From a virus: DNA of 64,000 nucleotides. This document shows positions 10,732 through 20,505 of this stretch, one piece after another. Each line of letters opens with the position of its first letter. Within the stretch, counting starts at the first letter, position 1. Where the stretch lies: positions 1 through 64,000 of the IMG/VR virus record IMGVR_UViG_3300020731_000774; one strand, written 5' to 3'. The notes under the pieces were generated by a model, which did not search any database, was not told the DNA's origin, and saw nothing but the letters and a program-made list of their open reading frames with translations. The position numbers were made by a program, and so were the translations under genes.

Positions 10732-12141
10732 ATGAAAGTTGTAAATATAGTACCAGATAATCCGTTTTCTACTCCTAGTAATTTTGAGTATCCAAATTCT
10801 ATTAAAGATTATTTAATATCGTCATATACAATAGCTATAAAAAATCCGACTAATGATCATGATAAATCTATTATAGGTAGAGTTTATATATTTAATAAGT
10901 TAAAGTGGCTTAATAATGAATATTTAGATAAAAAGATAACTAAAGATGATTATATATCACAATATAATAAAATATTATCATTACAAAAAACGGATAAATC
11001 ACATAATAACTTTGTTAATATAATGGTTGAGTTTATATCATCTGATAATAAAAAATTATTTACTACAATTGATATAAGTAGTGATATAGGTGATTATTCA
11101 GTGGATTACCCACCAATATTTAATCAAATACCAACTGATGAATTGGTTTTAGCTAATGTTTTTGGATCTCTCCCAAAATATTGGAAAAGTGTATATGGTA
11201 TAGATGGTACTATATGGGATTTAAAGATAAATATTGATAATCCACCTATTACTTCACCAGATGTTAATCCTATAGGTGCTACACCATCAATAAGTAGTGC
11301 CACAAGTTCAACTTCCACTAAAATAAACTTAACAATTGTTGACTTAGGTGATAATCCAACAGTACAAGCAAAGACTGATATAGATGATTTTATAATTTAT
11401 ATAGGTGATGAACCAAAGCCACAGCCTGATGTATTTGAAGACTTGCCTGAATTGGATAGTGAATACATAGAAGTACCATATAATGGTCTACCTGATGATG
11501 AGATAATTGTTAATTTAGATCAAGAGTTTGCAAGCTTCCCTGATACACAAGAAAAGTTTAATAAAAATGATAATTTAACATTACCTTATATAGAAAAAAG
11601 CACAACTACACTATCTGATAGTTCAAAAAAAGAAACAATGTCAAATAAGCAAATAACAGTTATTAGAGAAAAAACATCAAGTAATGGTGTTGCTGGGACT
11701 ATGTATTTTAATGGGGTGGTAATTGCATTAACACTGGAAAGACCATTTAATCCACCACAAAATGAAAATCCAAATTTAAAATGTATAACAGCAGGTAAAT
11801 ATAATTTAGGTTTCATGAAAAGTGACAAAAAATTTTTAATAAAACATTATGTATATTTTACAGATAGTGTTGATGCAAAATTAAGAACAGGTGTTATATC
11901 AGGGTTAGCTGATCCCAATCCACCAAAAGAATATGGAGTACCATATCAAAAAGGTATTAGAATTCATGGTGGAGGACCTATGACAAATTCATTGGGTTGT
12001 ATTTTAGTTTCTAATAAAAGAAAATCAAATGGATATGATTTAGTATATGATATAAATGTTGCAAAATCTATAACGAAATTGATTTATTCCAAAAATATAA
12101 CTAAGATATTAATAATAAATGAATTTGATAAAAATTCTTAA
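10732..12141 (+). CDS. Virion-associated protein with C-terminal DUF5675 (L,D-transpeptidase-like) domain
   Basis: TLERP...CITAGKY...GIRIHGG...SLGCILV. Confidence 0.65.
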   Translation: MKVVNIVPDNPFSTPSNFEYPNSIKDYLISSYTIAIKNPTNDHDKSIIGRVYIFNKLKWLNNEYLDKKITKDDYISQYNKILSLQKTDKSHNNFVNIMVEFISSDNKKLFTTIDISSDIGDYSVDYPPIFNQIPTDELVLANVFGSLPKYWKSVYGIDGTIWDLKINIDNPPITSPDVNPIGATPSISSATSSTSTKINLTIVDLGDNPTVQAKTDIDDFIIYIGDEPKPQPDVFEDLPELDSEYIEVPYNGLPDDEIIVNLDQEFASFPDTQEKFNKNDNLTLPYIEKSTTTLSDSSKKETMSNKQITVIREKTSSNGVAGTMYFNGVVIALTLERPFNPPQNENPNLKCITAGKYNLGFMKSDKKFLIKHYVYFTDSVDAKLRTGVISGLADPNPPKEYGVPYQKGIRIHGGGPMTNSLGCILVSNKRKSNGYDLVYDINVAKSITKLIYSKNITKILIINEFDKNS

Positions 12142-13889
12142 TTACTAATAGTTGGTATTATAACTGGTTTATCATTTAATACTATATCTGGTTTATTTTT
12201 TTGAGGATCTATTGAAATTGCATCATTTTTATTAGCTTCGCTAGTAATAGTTGCATTATCCCAATCTGTTTTTGTAACTAATGTATATGTAAATGAATTA
12301 CCATATTTTTGATTATGTATTGAGCACATATTGAAAAAGTCTTCTAACTCATCCTTAGTGGAAAAAACTTGTGAACCATCAACTGACCAATTACCAACTT
12401 TTTTACCACCTGGGTATCCTAAATGAATACCAATTCCGAAATCACTTAAACCATTTTCATCTTGTTTTATAGGGCTTGACATATTACTAGGATAAAATTC
12501 CGGTTTTTTAAACTCTTGATCTACCCATATCATTTGTTTAGCACCTATTCTAGTGCTCATTGATTGAGCACCTTGATAAGAAGATATTTCATACGTATCT
12601 AAATATTGAGATGGTACTAATATCTTAACACCTGATGTTATTTTATTATCATTTATAACTTCTTGATATTCTTTAACTGTTATTTTAAAACCTATTTTAT
12701 TAGTTAAATACTCCAATTGAATACTATTTAGATTTAATGAATTTACCCAATTATCAGTAACTATAAAATCATCCCCTGGTATAGTTGAAAATACATATTG
12801 TTTTAATTGCCATTGATCTGTATCATCTTTATATATTATATATAACTTATCAACAAATTCATTTGTATATTTATCACCTACTTTTAAACATTGATTTCTA
12901 ACGGAGATAATATTCATTTCATATGGTCGTGAAAATAAGGTATAATTTTTATTTTTTATAATTTCTAATATAATTTTAATATCAGGGTTTATATCTTTTA
13001 CAACTGGTGCTAACTGAGCTGGTGTTGAATTTGTAGCACTATTAATAGGCTGTTCAAATGTAGTTGATGATGAACCATCAACTGGGTTGAATGTAACATC
13101 CTCATCCTTTGTTATTTTATTAGTTTCAATAGTTGATTGCCATTTATCACCAATTTGACCTATAGATATTCTATCTAATTTTTCAACATTTTCATTATCC
13201 ACTAAATAAACATTTTTTGATAATATTTTAGGATCTTTTATTGATTGATATAGTTGAATATGTTCTGCTAATTCAGGACTAGGTATAACAGGTGCACTTA
13301 AATTACCTAAAAATGCCCCACTCATAAATATATTTAAAAGTTCATCTAACCAATTTGTGAAATTATCTCCTAGTATAGCTCTTTGTGTTGATTTGGAAGT
13401 TCCTAAATTTATTTTTCCAAAATTATCTTTTAGATTTAGGTTTATACTTTGCTCTTTTATATTAACATTATTAAATTTGTGATCAAGTTTTAACCCTTCT
13501 GAATCATTAACATATATTTGTGTTTTATGATCAAATATTAAAGACTTCATTGAATTATAATCAGAATCACTTAGTTTAGATAATTTATTCTCTAAATTTA
13601 TATTATAATGTTCAGCAGATATATATTCTGGATTATTTTGATTAGCGTTTTCAAATATAACTGTTACAATTTTACCAACTTCTGGTAAATTAAACTCATT
13701 ACCATTTAAATCTTTCCATGGAAACGCCCAAGGCAAATCATTAGTTAATATCTCATATTCATTTGATTTATTTCTACCATCAAATACATCAAATACACGA
13801 ATTTTACATCTACCTAGCTTTTTAGGATCTTTATTATCTTCTACTACACCTATATAGGTTTTACCGGTTTCAATTACTACTCTTGCCAT
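12138..13889 (-). CDS. gp5/VgrG-like baseplate spike protein with C-terminal peptidoglycan-enzyme-like domain
   Basis: YIGVVEDNKDPKKLGRCKIRV...LPWA.P...P.VG..V.V.F OB-fold signature. Confidence 0.8.
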   Translation of the reverse strand: MARVVIETGKTYIGVVEDNKDPKKLGRCKIRVFDVFDGRNKSNEYEILTNDLPWAFPWKDLNGNEFNLPEVGKIVTVIFENANQNNPEYISAEHYNINLENKLSKLSDSDYNSMKSLIFDHKTQIYVNDSEGLKLDHKFNNVNIKEQSINLNLKDNFGKINLGTSKSTQRAILGDNFTNWLDELLNIFMSGAFLGNLSAPVIPSPELAEHIQLYQSIKDPKILSKNVYLVDNENVEKLDRISIGQIGDKWQSTIETNKITKDEDVTFNPVDGSSSTTFEQPINSATNSTPAQLAPVVKDINPDIKIILEIIKNKNYTLFSRPYEMNIISVRNQCLKVGDKYTNEFVDKLYIIYKDDTDQWQLKQYVFSTIPGDDFIVTDNWVNSLNLNSIQLEYLTNKIGFKITVKEYQEVINDNKITSGVKILVPSQYLDTYEISSYQGAQSMSTRIGAKQMIWVDQEFKKPEFYPSNMSSPIKQDENGLSDFGIGIHLGYPGGKKVGNWSVDGSQVFSTKDELEDFFNMCSIHNQKYGNSFTYTLVTKTDWDNATITSEANKNDAISIDPQKNKPDIVLNDKPVIIPTISN

Positions 13890-13929
13890 TTCTCTATATA
13901 TTATATATGGGTTTTCTAGTTAAAGTTTA

Positions 13930-16029
13930 TTAATTTCCTTTACCATATTTTTTAACTATATCATTTAATGTGTTCTTGACATAATTAGCATTGGTATTAG
14001 CAACACCAGGAATTGAACTATATTTTTGAAGTATTGCACTTAATGGATTTGCACTAGGTTTCATTGGATTGTTATATGGATTTATAACATTATTAAACCC
14101 TGCTAAAGCACTTGCAACATCTTCACCAACAAAATTGAATAATTGATTTCTAACATCAAAATATATACCGAAACTAATAGGTGAATATGGCTTTGGGTAT
14201 ACATTTTTATCACCACTTATTCCTGTGCTACCTAATCCAATTGCATTTTTAATTTTAGCAATTGTATTATTTAATAGCTGAACTCTTGTGCTTATTTGTT
14301 GATTTACTTCTCTTATTGCAAAATTGGCTACATTTTTAGCAGCATTTTTAGCAACTTTCTTAGCATTATTTTTCAAATTATCAAGAGCACTTGGTGTACT
14401 TGGAGTGGTTTTTGTTTGAGTTCCGTATAAATTATCATTAACAAGAGGTGTTTGTGTTGCTTGATTATCAACACCTGCTGGATTAATTGGATTATCACTA
14501 GATGTGCTTTGTAATATAACAGGATTTACCTCACCATTTTTATTATACACATCAGTAGTTTGCACAGTATGGAATAATGGATTTGGTGTACTTGTTTTTG
14601 ATGCTCTTGCACCACTATTTCCTATTTTCCAAAGAGAACCATTATTATAACCAACATATTGGCCAAATAATGGGGTTGTATTTTTATCACTACTTACTTC
14701 ATTTTTAGATGGTACCCATTTTTCAAATTTAGTAGTTACATATTTATAATCAAATGTTACTTCATATGCACCTAAACCATCACCATATGCTTTAATATTA
14801 CCCATATCTATTGAATCTTCATGTGGCATTTTATCAAAATAGAACTGACATTCTTTTAAAGAATAAATGTATCTAGATACATTATCTTTTATAATTTCCA
14901 ATGAGCTATCTGTATTATTGAAACTAACACTTTTTCTAACTCTGTTAAAATTTCTACATTCTGATACAATAATATCACAATTAAATCTAAGTAAATTTTC
15001 AGGGATCATACCTTTACCCAAAGGTTTTGACCAGTAAAGCAATTTATATAGATGTGCTAATGTTCCCATAGTTGATGATACATCCTCTGCAAATGATATT
15101 TTAATAACATCTTTACCATAATCAACTAAATATTTATTACTATCTGGTTTATTAGATTCTGATAAATTATGCAATCCTTCTATTTTTTGTAAGTAATGTG
15201 ATAAATATGCCTTTTTACCAAAATATTTTATAAGTGAGTTATTTGGGCTATTTGCTGAATCGTATAAAGGGTTACTATCTATGAATGGTACACTCATAAA
15301 TTTACCATTGTTTTTATTAACAACACTATCTAATAAAGTTGGTTCGGTATTTGTTGAAACAGTTCCCTTTGTTTTGAATAATTTAATAAATTGATTTTTG
15401 AAATCATAGTAAATAGTATTTCTTACTTGTAATTCTGATACATCTGGATATAGTTTTAAAAAATCGTCTATAGATCCATTTAATAATGGTGAGGATACAG
15501 CATCTATTATTATTTCAAACCCATATACTATTGGATCTTGATTTTCATAATCAGAACCTTTAAAACTAGATAACCTAGCATTATTTAATCCAGCACCACC
15601 ATCTGTAACATCACCAAATGGTGTTTTACCTGCTATATGTTGATCATGTAAAAAATAATCGGTGCTTGTATCATTAAATCTTAATAATGTATCTCTTTTG
15701 CTTAATATAGCACCACTATATGTACCAGAAGCTAATCCTTTACCATCAGTTCCTGTTTTTATATTGAAGTCGAACCTATCACTAGTACTTAAACTAATTA
15801 AGTTATTTTTTATTAAATTACCTATCCATCCATTTGGTGCTATACTACTAGCAGTTGTTGATAAATATAGATAGTTTGGTGTAAAACCTGGTGTAAAATC
15901 AGGCAATGGTGGATTGGGTCTTAAATTATTCCCATTACTTTTTTGATAACCAGAAGTATTATTTAGTAGTTGACTACCACCATCTTTACCATTTGGGTCT
16001 TTAAACCATTTAAATTCATCATTTGCCAT
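13930..16029 (-). CDS. Putative tail/baseplate structural protein
   Basis: Large Asn/Ser/Thr-rich ORF in the baseplate cluster with a late motif upstream. Confidence 0.45.
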   Translation of the reverse strand: MANDEFKWFKDPNGKDGGSQLLNNTSGYQKSNGNNLRPNPPLPDFTPGFTPNYLYLSTTASSIAPNGWIGNLIKNNLISLSTSDRFDFNIKTGTDGKGLASGTYSGAILSKRDTLLRFNDTSTDYFLHDQHIAGKTPFGDVTDGGAGLNNARLSSFKGSDYENQDPIVYGFEIIIDAVSSPLLNGSIDDFLKLYPDVSELQVRNTIYYDFKNQFIKLFKTKGTVSTNTEPTLLDSVVNKNNGKFMSVPFIDSNPLYDSANSPNNSLIKYFGKKAYLSHYLQKIEGLHNLSESNKPDSNKYLVDYGKDVIKISFAEDVSSTMGTLAHLYKLLYWSKPLGKGMIPENLLRFNCDIIVSECRNFNRVRKSVSFNNTDSSLEIIKDNVSRYIYSLKECQFYFDKMPHEDSIDMGNIKAYGDGLGAYEVTFDYKYVTTKFEKWVPSKNEVSSDKNTTPLFGQYVGYNNGSLWKIGNSGARASKTSTPNPLFHTVQTTDVYNKNGEVNPVILQSTSSDNPINPAGVDNQATQTPLVNDNLYGTQTKTTPSTPSALDNLKNNAKKVAKNAAKNVANFAIREVNQQISTRVQLLNNTIAKIKNAIGLGSTGISGDKNVYPKPYSPISFGIYFDVRNQLFNFVGEDVASALAGFNNVINPYNNPMKPSANPLSAILQKYSSIPGVANTNANYVKNTLNDIVKKYGKGN

Positions 16030-16044
16030 ATCTTATATATTAAT

Positions 16045-17070
16045 TTATACTATCGTTGTATTATAATAATCAGGTATAAAGATTGGTTTTTTACCAGAAT
16101 AACCAATCCTAGCATTTATTAAACTAATACACATCATTTTAACGGTTGTTTTAACATTTGATGGGTTTGGTCCAACACCACCAAAATAACCAGTATTACC
16201 AGAACCAGTATTCACGTTACCAACAATTTTGTTATTCTTTAATAATATTGTTGGTAGTGATGCATAAAATTGGGATAGAGCTTGTACAGTATTAGTTAAA
16301 TCATTACTACTACCACTATTTAATCCTTTTATATAATTTTTAATTGAATTACTAGCTTTAAATAGTAAAAATTCAATGAATTGTTCTTGTGTTTTTTGAT
16401 CAAATAATACATTATCACTTAATCCTAACTTACCTTGAACACTAGCTAATGTTTTGGGTATGAATTGATACTTACCAACAGCAAACATTTCTCGTGTAGC
16501 TTGTTTACTTTTAATAAATCCGATTGATTGTGTTGATGGTTTTAAAGTATATGACACACCTTTTAAACCACTTACCCCTATATTATAGATGTCATAATTA
16601 CCACGACTTTCATATTTTGCAATCAATTCCTTAAGATCATATAGACCTCTTGAACCACTATAAGTTCCTTGTATAAGTTGTGTATTTTCTAAATAGATAG
16701 AATTCTCTACTAGTGGTGTTGTGTCCATATCTATTTGAATATCATCATTTGGTAATCCGGAATATGGTGTTTCTATGTATTCACTTGATAAATCATTTGA
16801 ACCATCATCTAAATATGGGTTTAATATTTTCAAAATTTCTGGATCATATGGGTCTTCTTGCTTAACTATTGTTAATTCACCTAAATCTATTTTAGTTCCA
16901 TCAGGTAGAGTTACAAACTTATCATTATTTGAACCCATTCCTATAATTGAAAGTGTATTATCTTTTGTTACATCAAATTTAAAATCATCTTGTAATCGAA
17001 TTGGTTGATATTTACTTGGTAAAGTACTAGTATCAACTATAATTGGGTTATTATTTATATTATCAGACAT
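16045..17070 (-). CDS. Virion-associated lysozyme-like (lytic transglycosylase) protein
   Basis: IAKYES.G.Y..YN, AVGKYQFIP.TL, FD..TQE. Confidence 0.75.
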   Translation of the reverse strand: MSDNINNNPIIVDTSTLPSKYQPIRLQDDFKFDVTKDNTLSIIGMGSNNDKFVTLPDGTKIDLGELTIVKQEDPYDPEILKILNPYLDDGSNDLSSEYIETPYSGLPNDDIQIDMDTTPLVENSIYLENTQLIQGTYSGSRGLYDLKELIAKYESRGNYDIYNIGVSGLKGVSYTLKPSTQSIGFIKSKQATREMFAVGKYQFIPKTLASVQGKLGLSDNVLFDQKTQEQFIEFLLFKASNSIKNYIKGLNSGSSNDLTNTVQALSQFYASLPTILLKNNKIVGNVNTGSGNTGYFGGVGPNPSNVKTTVKMMCISLINARIGYSGKKPIFIPDYYNTTIV

Positions 17071-17079
17071 ATTTTATAT

Positions 17080-18942
17080 TTAATTTTTAAGTATTACTGG
17101 TGTTGCTGATGGTTCTTGGCTCAATGTTGGTGCAAATGTACCAACTGATGTTAATTGTGCCACAATTGATTTACCATCATCACTTAAATTTTTAACATAT
17201 ATTAAAAATTCATTGTTATCCTTATCCTTAACTCTATAAATATCACTAATAGTGTAAATGCTATTTGGTAGTACTGGTGTTGGTGCTGGATTTTCATTTA
17301 CTTTTGCATTTTTATCAGGATCTTTAGTTTCTAATTTTTCATTTGCATTTATTTCAGCTGGTGTTTTACCTAATTCTTTTCTAACTAAGCGAACTTCTTG
17401 ATAAAAATGTGTACCATCAAATATAAAAGATATATCTGCTATTATCCAATCTCCACTATTTCGCCATTCAATACGTTCACGATTTGTTATTGAATTCTCA
17501 GCATTTATTACCTTTACGTTTACCTTTTGGAATTTATATAAATTAAAGTTTGTATTTGGTAATATTATTTTTAGTTCTAATTTTTGTAAATCTATTAAAT
17601 TGCGTCTATTTTGTGTATAAGCATATGTGTAATTACTATGTGTATTATCAGTATCTATTTTACCATTATTTTGTGTTGTGTAGCTATTTTCAAAATCTTC
17701 CTTATCCATCTTACTACCTTTTAATATGATGGTTTTATTATCATCAGATGTTTGAGAATCTACATCAAATACCTCAAAAGTTTTATTTAATCTATTATAT
17801 GATTTTGTTATTGTCCTATTACCAACAGCTTTAGTGACAGCAGTTGCATTATTTTTTAATTTTTTATCACTTTCAAAATAGAATGCACTTTTATTCATTG
17901 ATTCTTCATTTATTAATTGTAGTTTAACAATCTTTGATATATCATCTTTTTGATCTACACCAGTTTCTATACCAACATCAGATGTATTATCTCTTTTACT
18001 TTCTTTCTCAACATCAACATAATTAAAACAATAATAGAAATCAATATATCCAACCATAAATGATTTATCAGATATATATGAGTAATTTATAATCTCTGTT
18101 ATAGTCTCAAATGTTTTACTACCATTGAAACGCCAAACCATAGTATCATTTGTGGAAGTTATATTTGAATTAAAACCAAGACCCATATCTTTACTGATTT
18201 GTCTCAAAACTTCAAATGACGATCCTTTCATACTACCATTATATAAACGATATAAATTAGATACATCCAATGTACCAATCACATTATACAATCCACCATT
18301 TACTTCTTTGAAGTTTTCTACTTTGAATTTTAAGTGTATAGATTTTAAACTATTTGATCTTGCATTAATAAATAAATCAAATTTAGTATCTGCTTGTGGA
18401 GCACCTATTGTTTTAATAAAATTTTGGGAATCAACAAAACTAAATCTAACCTTAGGGACTATTCCCTCATGGTATAATTTTAAATTTAAAATATCTCTAT
18501 CCTGTATAGGATTTCCAGACCAACTAATGAAAGGCAACATACCAACACTTGATGTAACCAATGTATTTGTTTGATCATTATCATCCTTTTGTATTTGTAT
18601 TGGTGGTATCTTAATAGTTGGTATGTCAATTTGTGCTATTATTGGCCTTGTCCCACTTATATTGGTATTATCATCCTTGCCTCTTGATTCATCCTGACCT
18701 ATTATTGTAGGTGCTGGTGTAACAGTTATTTTAAATTGTGTTGGTTCAACATCAGGTGAAGTACTTGTAACTGATACTACATAATCACCTGGTTGGTCAA
18801 ATTGAATACCAGATACTACTACAGCATTAGGTATTTTATCACCTATAACTATTTCGGTTTCACCTATTAATTCACCAGGTCCACTTACTTTTTTGAGTAT
18901 TAGTTTACCGGATATTGTTGATGGATCTATTGTTGTTGCCAT
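17080..18942 (-). CDS. Putative baseplate hub (gp27-like) protein
   Basis: C-terminal N.NL...QKV.V...SGDWII.DI.F pattern; upstream of the gp5-like gene. Confidence 0.5.
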   Translation of the reverse strand: MATTIDPSTISGKLILKKVSGPGELIGETEIVIGDKIPNAVVVSGIQFDQPGDYVVSVTSTSPDVEPTQFKITVTPAPTIIGQDESRGKDDNTNISGTRPIIAQIDIPTIKIPPIQIQKDDNDQTNTLVTSSVGMLPFISWSGNPIQDRDILNLKLYHEGIVPKVRFSFVDSQNFIKTIGAPQADTKFDLFINARSNSLKSIHLKFKVENFKEVNGGLYNVIGTLDVSNLYRLYNGSMKGSSFEVLRQISKDMGLGFNSNITSTNDTMVWRFNGSKTFETITEIINYSYISDKSFMVGYIDFYYCFNYVDVEKESKRDNTSDVGIETGVDQKDDISKIVKLQLINEESMNKSAFYFESDKKLKNNATAVTKAVGNRTITKSYNRLNKTFEVFDVDSQTSDDNKTIILKGSKMDKEDFENSYTTQNNGKIDTDNTHSNYTYAYTQNRRNLIDLQKLELKIILPNTNFNLYKFQKVNVKVINAENSITNRERIEWRNSGDWIIADISFIFDGTHFYQEVRLVRKELGKTPAEINANEKLETKDPDKNAKVNENPAPTPVLPNSIYTISDIYRVKDKDNNEFLIYVKNLSDDGKSIVAQLTSVGTFAPTLSQEPSATPVILKN

Positions 18943-18977
18943 AGTATTTTAATTTTAATAATTTATATATTAAAACC

Positions 18978-19166
18978 TTAATTTTCCGATAAGATATTGT
19001 TTATTTTTTTATCCCTGAAATCAATAATTATTTCTTTATTTAAAATATCAACCAAACTAACATCATCATTATTTGATAAAATATTAAAAATGTTTTCACA
19101 AGTATAATCAGTTACAATATTTTTATATACTATAAAACCATTTTCATTTATAATTAAATCACTCAT
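18978..19166 (-). CDS. Small protein with RDxKI motif
   Basis: FRDKKINNIL at the C-terminus; overlaps the UvsW-C stop. Confidence 0.5.
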   Translation of the reverse strand: MSDLIINENGFIVYKNIVTDYTCENIFNILSNNDDVSLVDILNKEIIIDFRDKKINNILSEN

Positions 19167-19502
19167 AAATTTAATTTCAATATTTTAAATGGATATTTTC
19201 GTTTCACATAAAATCCCTCCCTCTCTTTATAATGTCTAAATAGTGCATTGGTCATATCATTCGGATCAAATATATCTACTAAGTCAAAAATAGTTGCTTT
19301 ATCCTTTAAAAAATGGAGCCTTAAGGACCTCCCCACACTTTGGATAATTATCTGCTCACTCTTAAATGAATCTGCGAATATTACGTTAAATATTGCATTT
19401 ATTGACACACCTGTTGATAATGTACCGTCAATATGAGGCAACTAAAACTTTAGTTGCCCCTTCTTCTCTAATTTCTTCTCTTTTGTCTATTATTCTAGCC
19501 AT
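19163..19502 (-). CDS. uvsW: UvsW-like helicase, C-terminal subunit, interrupted by a 4-nt TGAC insertion
   Basis: ATG at 19502 gives MARIIDKREEIREEGATKVLVASY-TGA; the +1 frame continues GTLSTGVSIN...QSVGRSLR (motifs V and VI). Confidence 0.85.
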
Positions 19503-20461
19503 TAGTATTTTATTGTTTTTATTATAGAATCTAATAAAATATAATTATTTTCATTTAAATGATTTATTGAAACTTTATTATCAGTGTCTCTATATTTTCT
19601 TATTAGATGAGTGCTGAATTTATATTTTTTAACTATATCCTCCATATTTTCAAAAACTTCAACATCTCCGTTATTTTTTATTATTTCTATTTTTAATCCA
19701 TTTCGCTTTTTGCGATTTTTCATTTTTTCTAAATAATCAGGATCTTCCCATTTCTTCTTTATCTTAATACCGGCATCAATTCTTTTAGTTTCATCTTTGT
19801 TTATTTTATCCATTTTTTCTTTAAAGTTTAGTCGGTATTCTTCATTCATACTATCCCATCTATCTTGTGTTTCTTTTCTTTTCTTTTCAACATTTTCAAA
19901 ATTAGAATAATATTCGCTCATTTGTTTAGATTTCTCTATTCGTTTATCTTCGGTCCAATAACTTTTCATTTTATTACAAAAATCTATATACTCATCATCT
20001 GATATATTATCCCAAAAAATATTAGCTCTCCTTGTTTGTTCTTCTTTAGATATATTTTTCATAAACTCAGATCTACTTTTTCTCCAATTATTATATTTCT
20101 CTGTATCATTTTTTAAGTTGATCCATCCTTTTTTAGCAGCATTTGATGTTTCATAACTATTTTTATAATAATTCATCATCCAGTTTAATGGTCTTTGATA
20201 AGTTCTTATATTTATCGCTTTAAATAACCAAAGATGTACTAAACGATGACTATCATAGTCTAGTTCAATAATATTCCAATATTCGTTTTCAAACTCAGGA
20301 AAAGTAGATCTTGGTAATATGTGGTGTTTTTCAGAATATTCTACACTTTCTGATATTTTATAATTGATTAAAAAGTTAATATATTTATCTAAGTATTCTG
20401 AATTATCAACACTTTCATGTCTTTTTATTAAAGCATCTTTTAAAAAATTATAATCTCTCAT
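19502..20461 (-). CDS. Free-standing HNH homing endonuclease inserted in uvsW
   Basis: EKHHILPRS.FP...N...L....H...H followed by helical K/W-rich repeats; own TAATATATA at 20466-20474. Confidence 0.8.
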   Translation of the reverse strand: MRDYNFLKDALIKRHESVDNSEYLDKYINFLINYKISESVEYSEKHHILPRSTFPEFENEYWNIIELDYDSHRLVHLWLFKAINIRTYQRPLNWMMNYYKNSYETSNAAKKGWINLKNDTEKYNNWRKSRSEFMKNISKEEQTRRANIFWDNISDDEYIDFCNKMKSYWTEDKRIEKSKQMSEYYSNFENVEKKRKETQDRWDSMNEEYRLNFKEKMDKINKDETKRIDAGIKIKKKWEDPDYLEKMKNRKKRNGLKIEIIKNNGDVEVFENMEDIVKKYKFSTHLIRKYRDTDNKVSINHLNENNYILLDSIIKTIKY

Positions 20462-20505
20462 AATGTATATATTATATTAATACTTACTCCTGTTGAAAAA
20501 GTATA

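Noticed and set aside
19163-19441. TTG-initiated 92-aa ORF as an independent gene
   Set aside because: It lacks the conserved VLVASY strand, which is encoded in the upstream frame from the coupled ATG at 19502.
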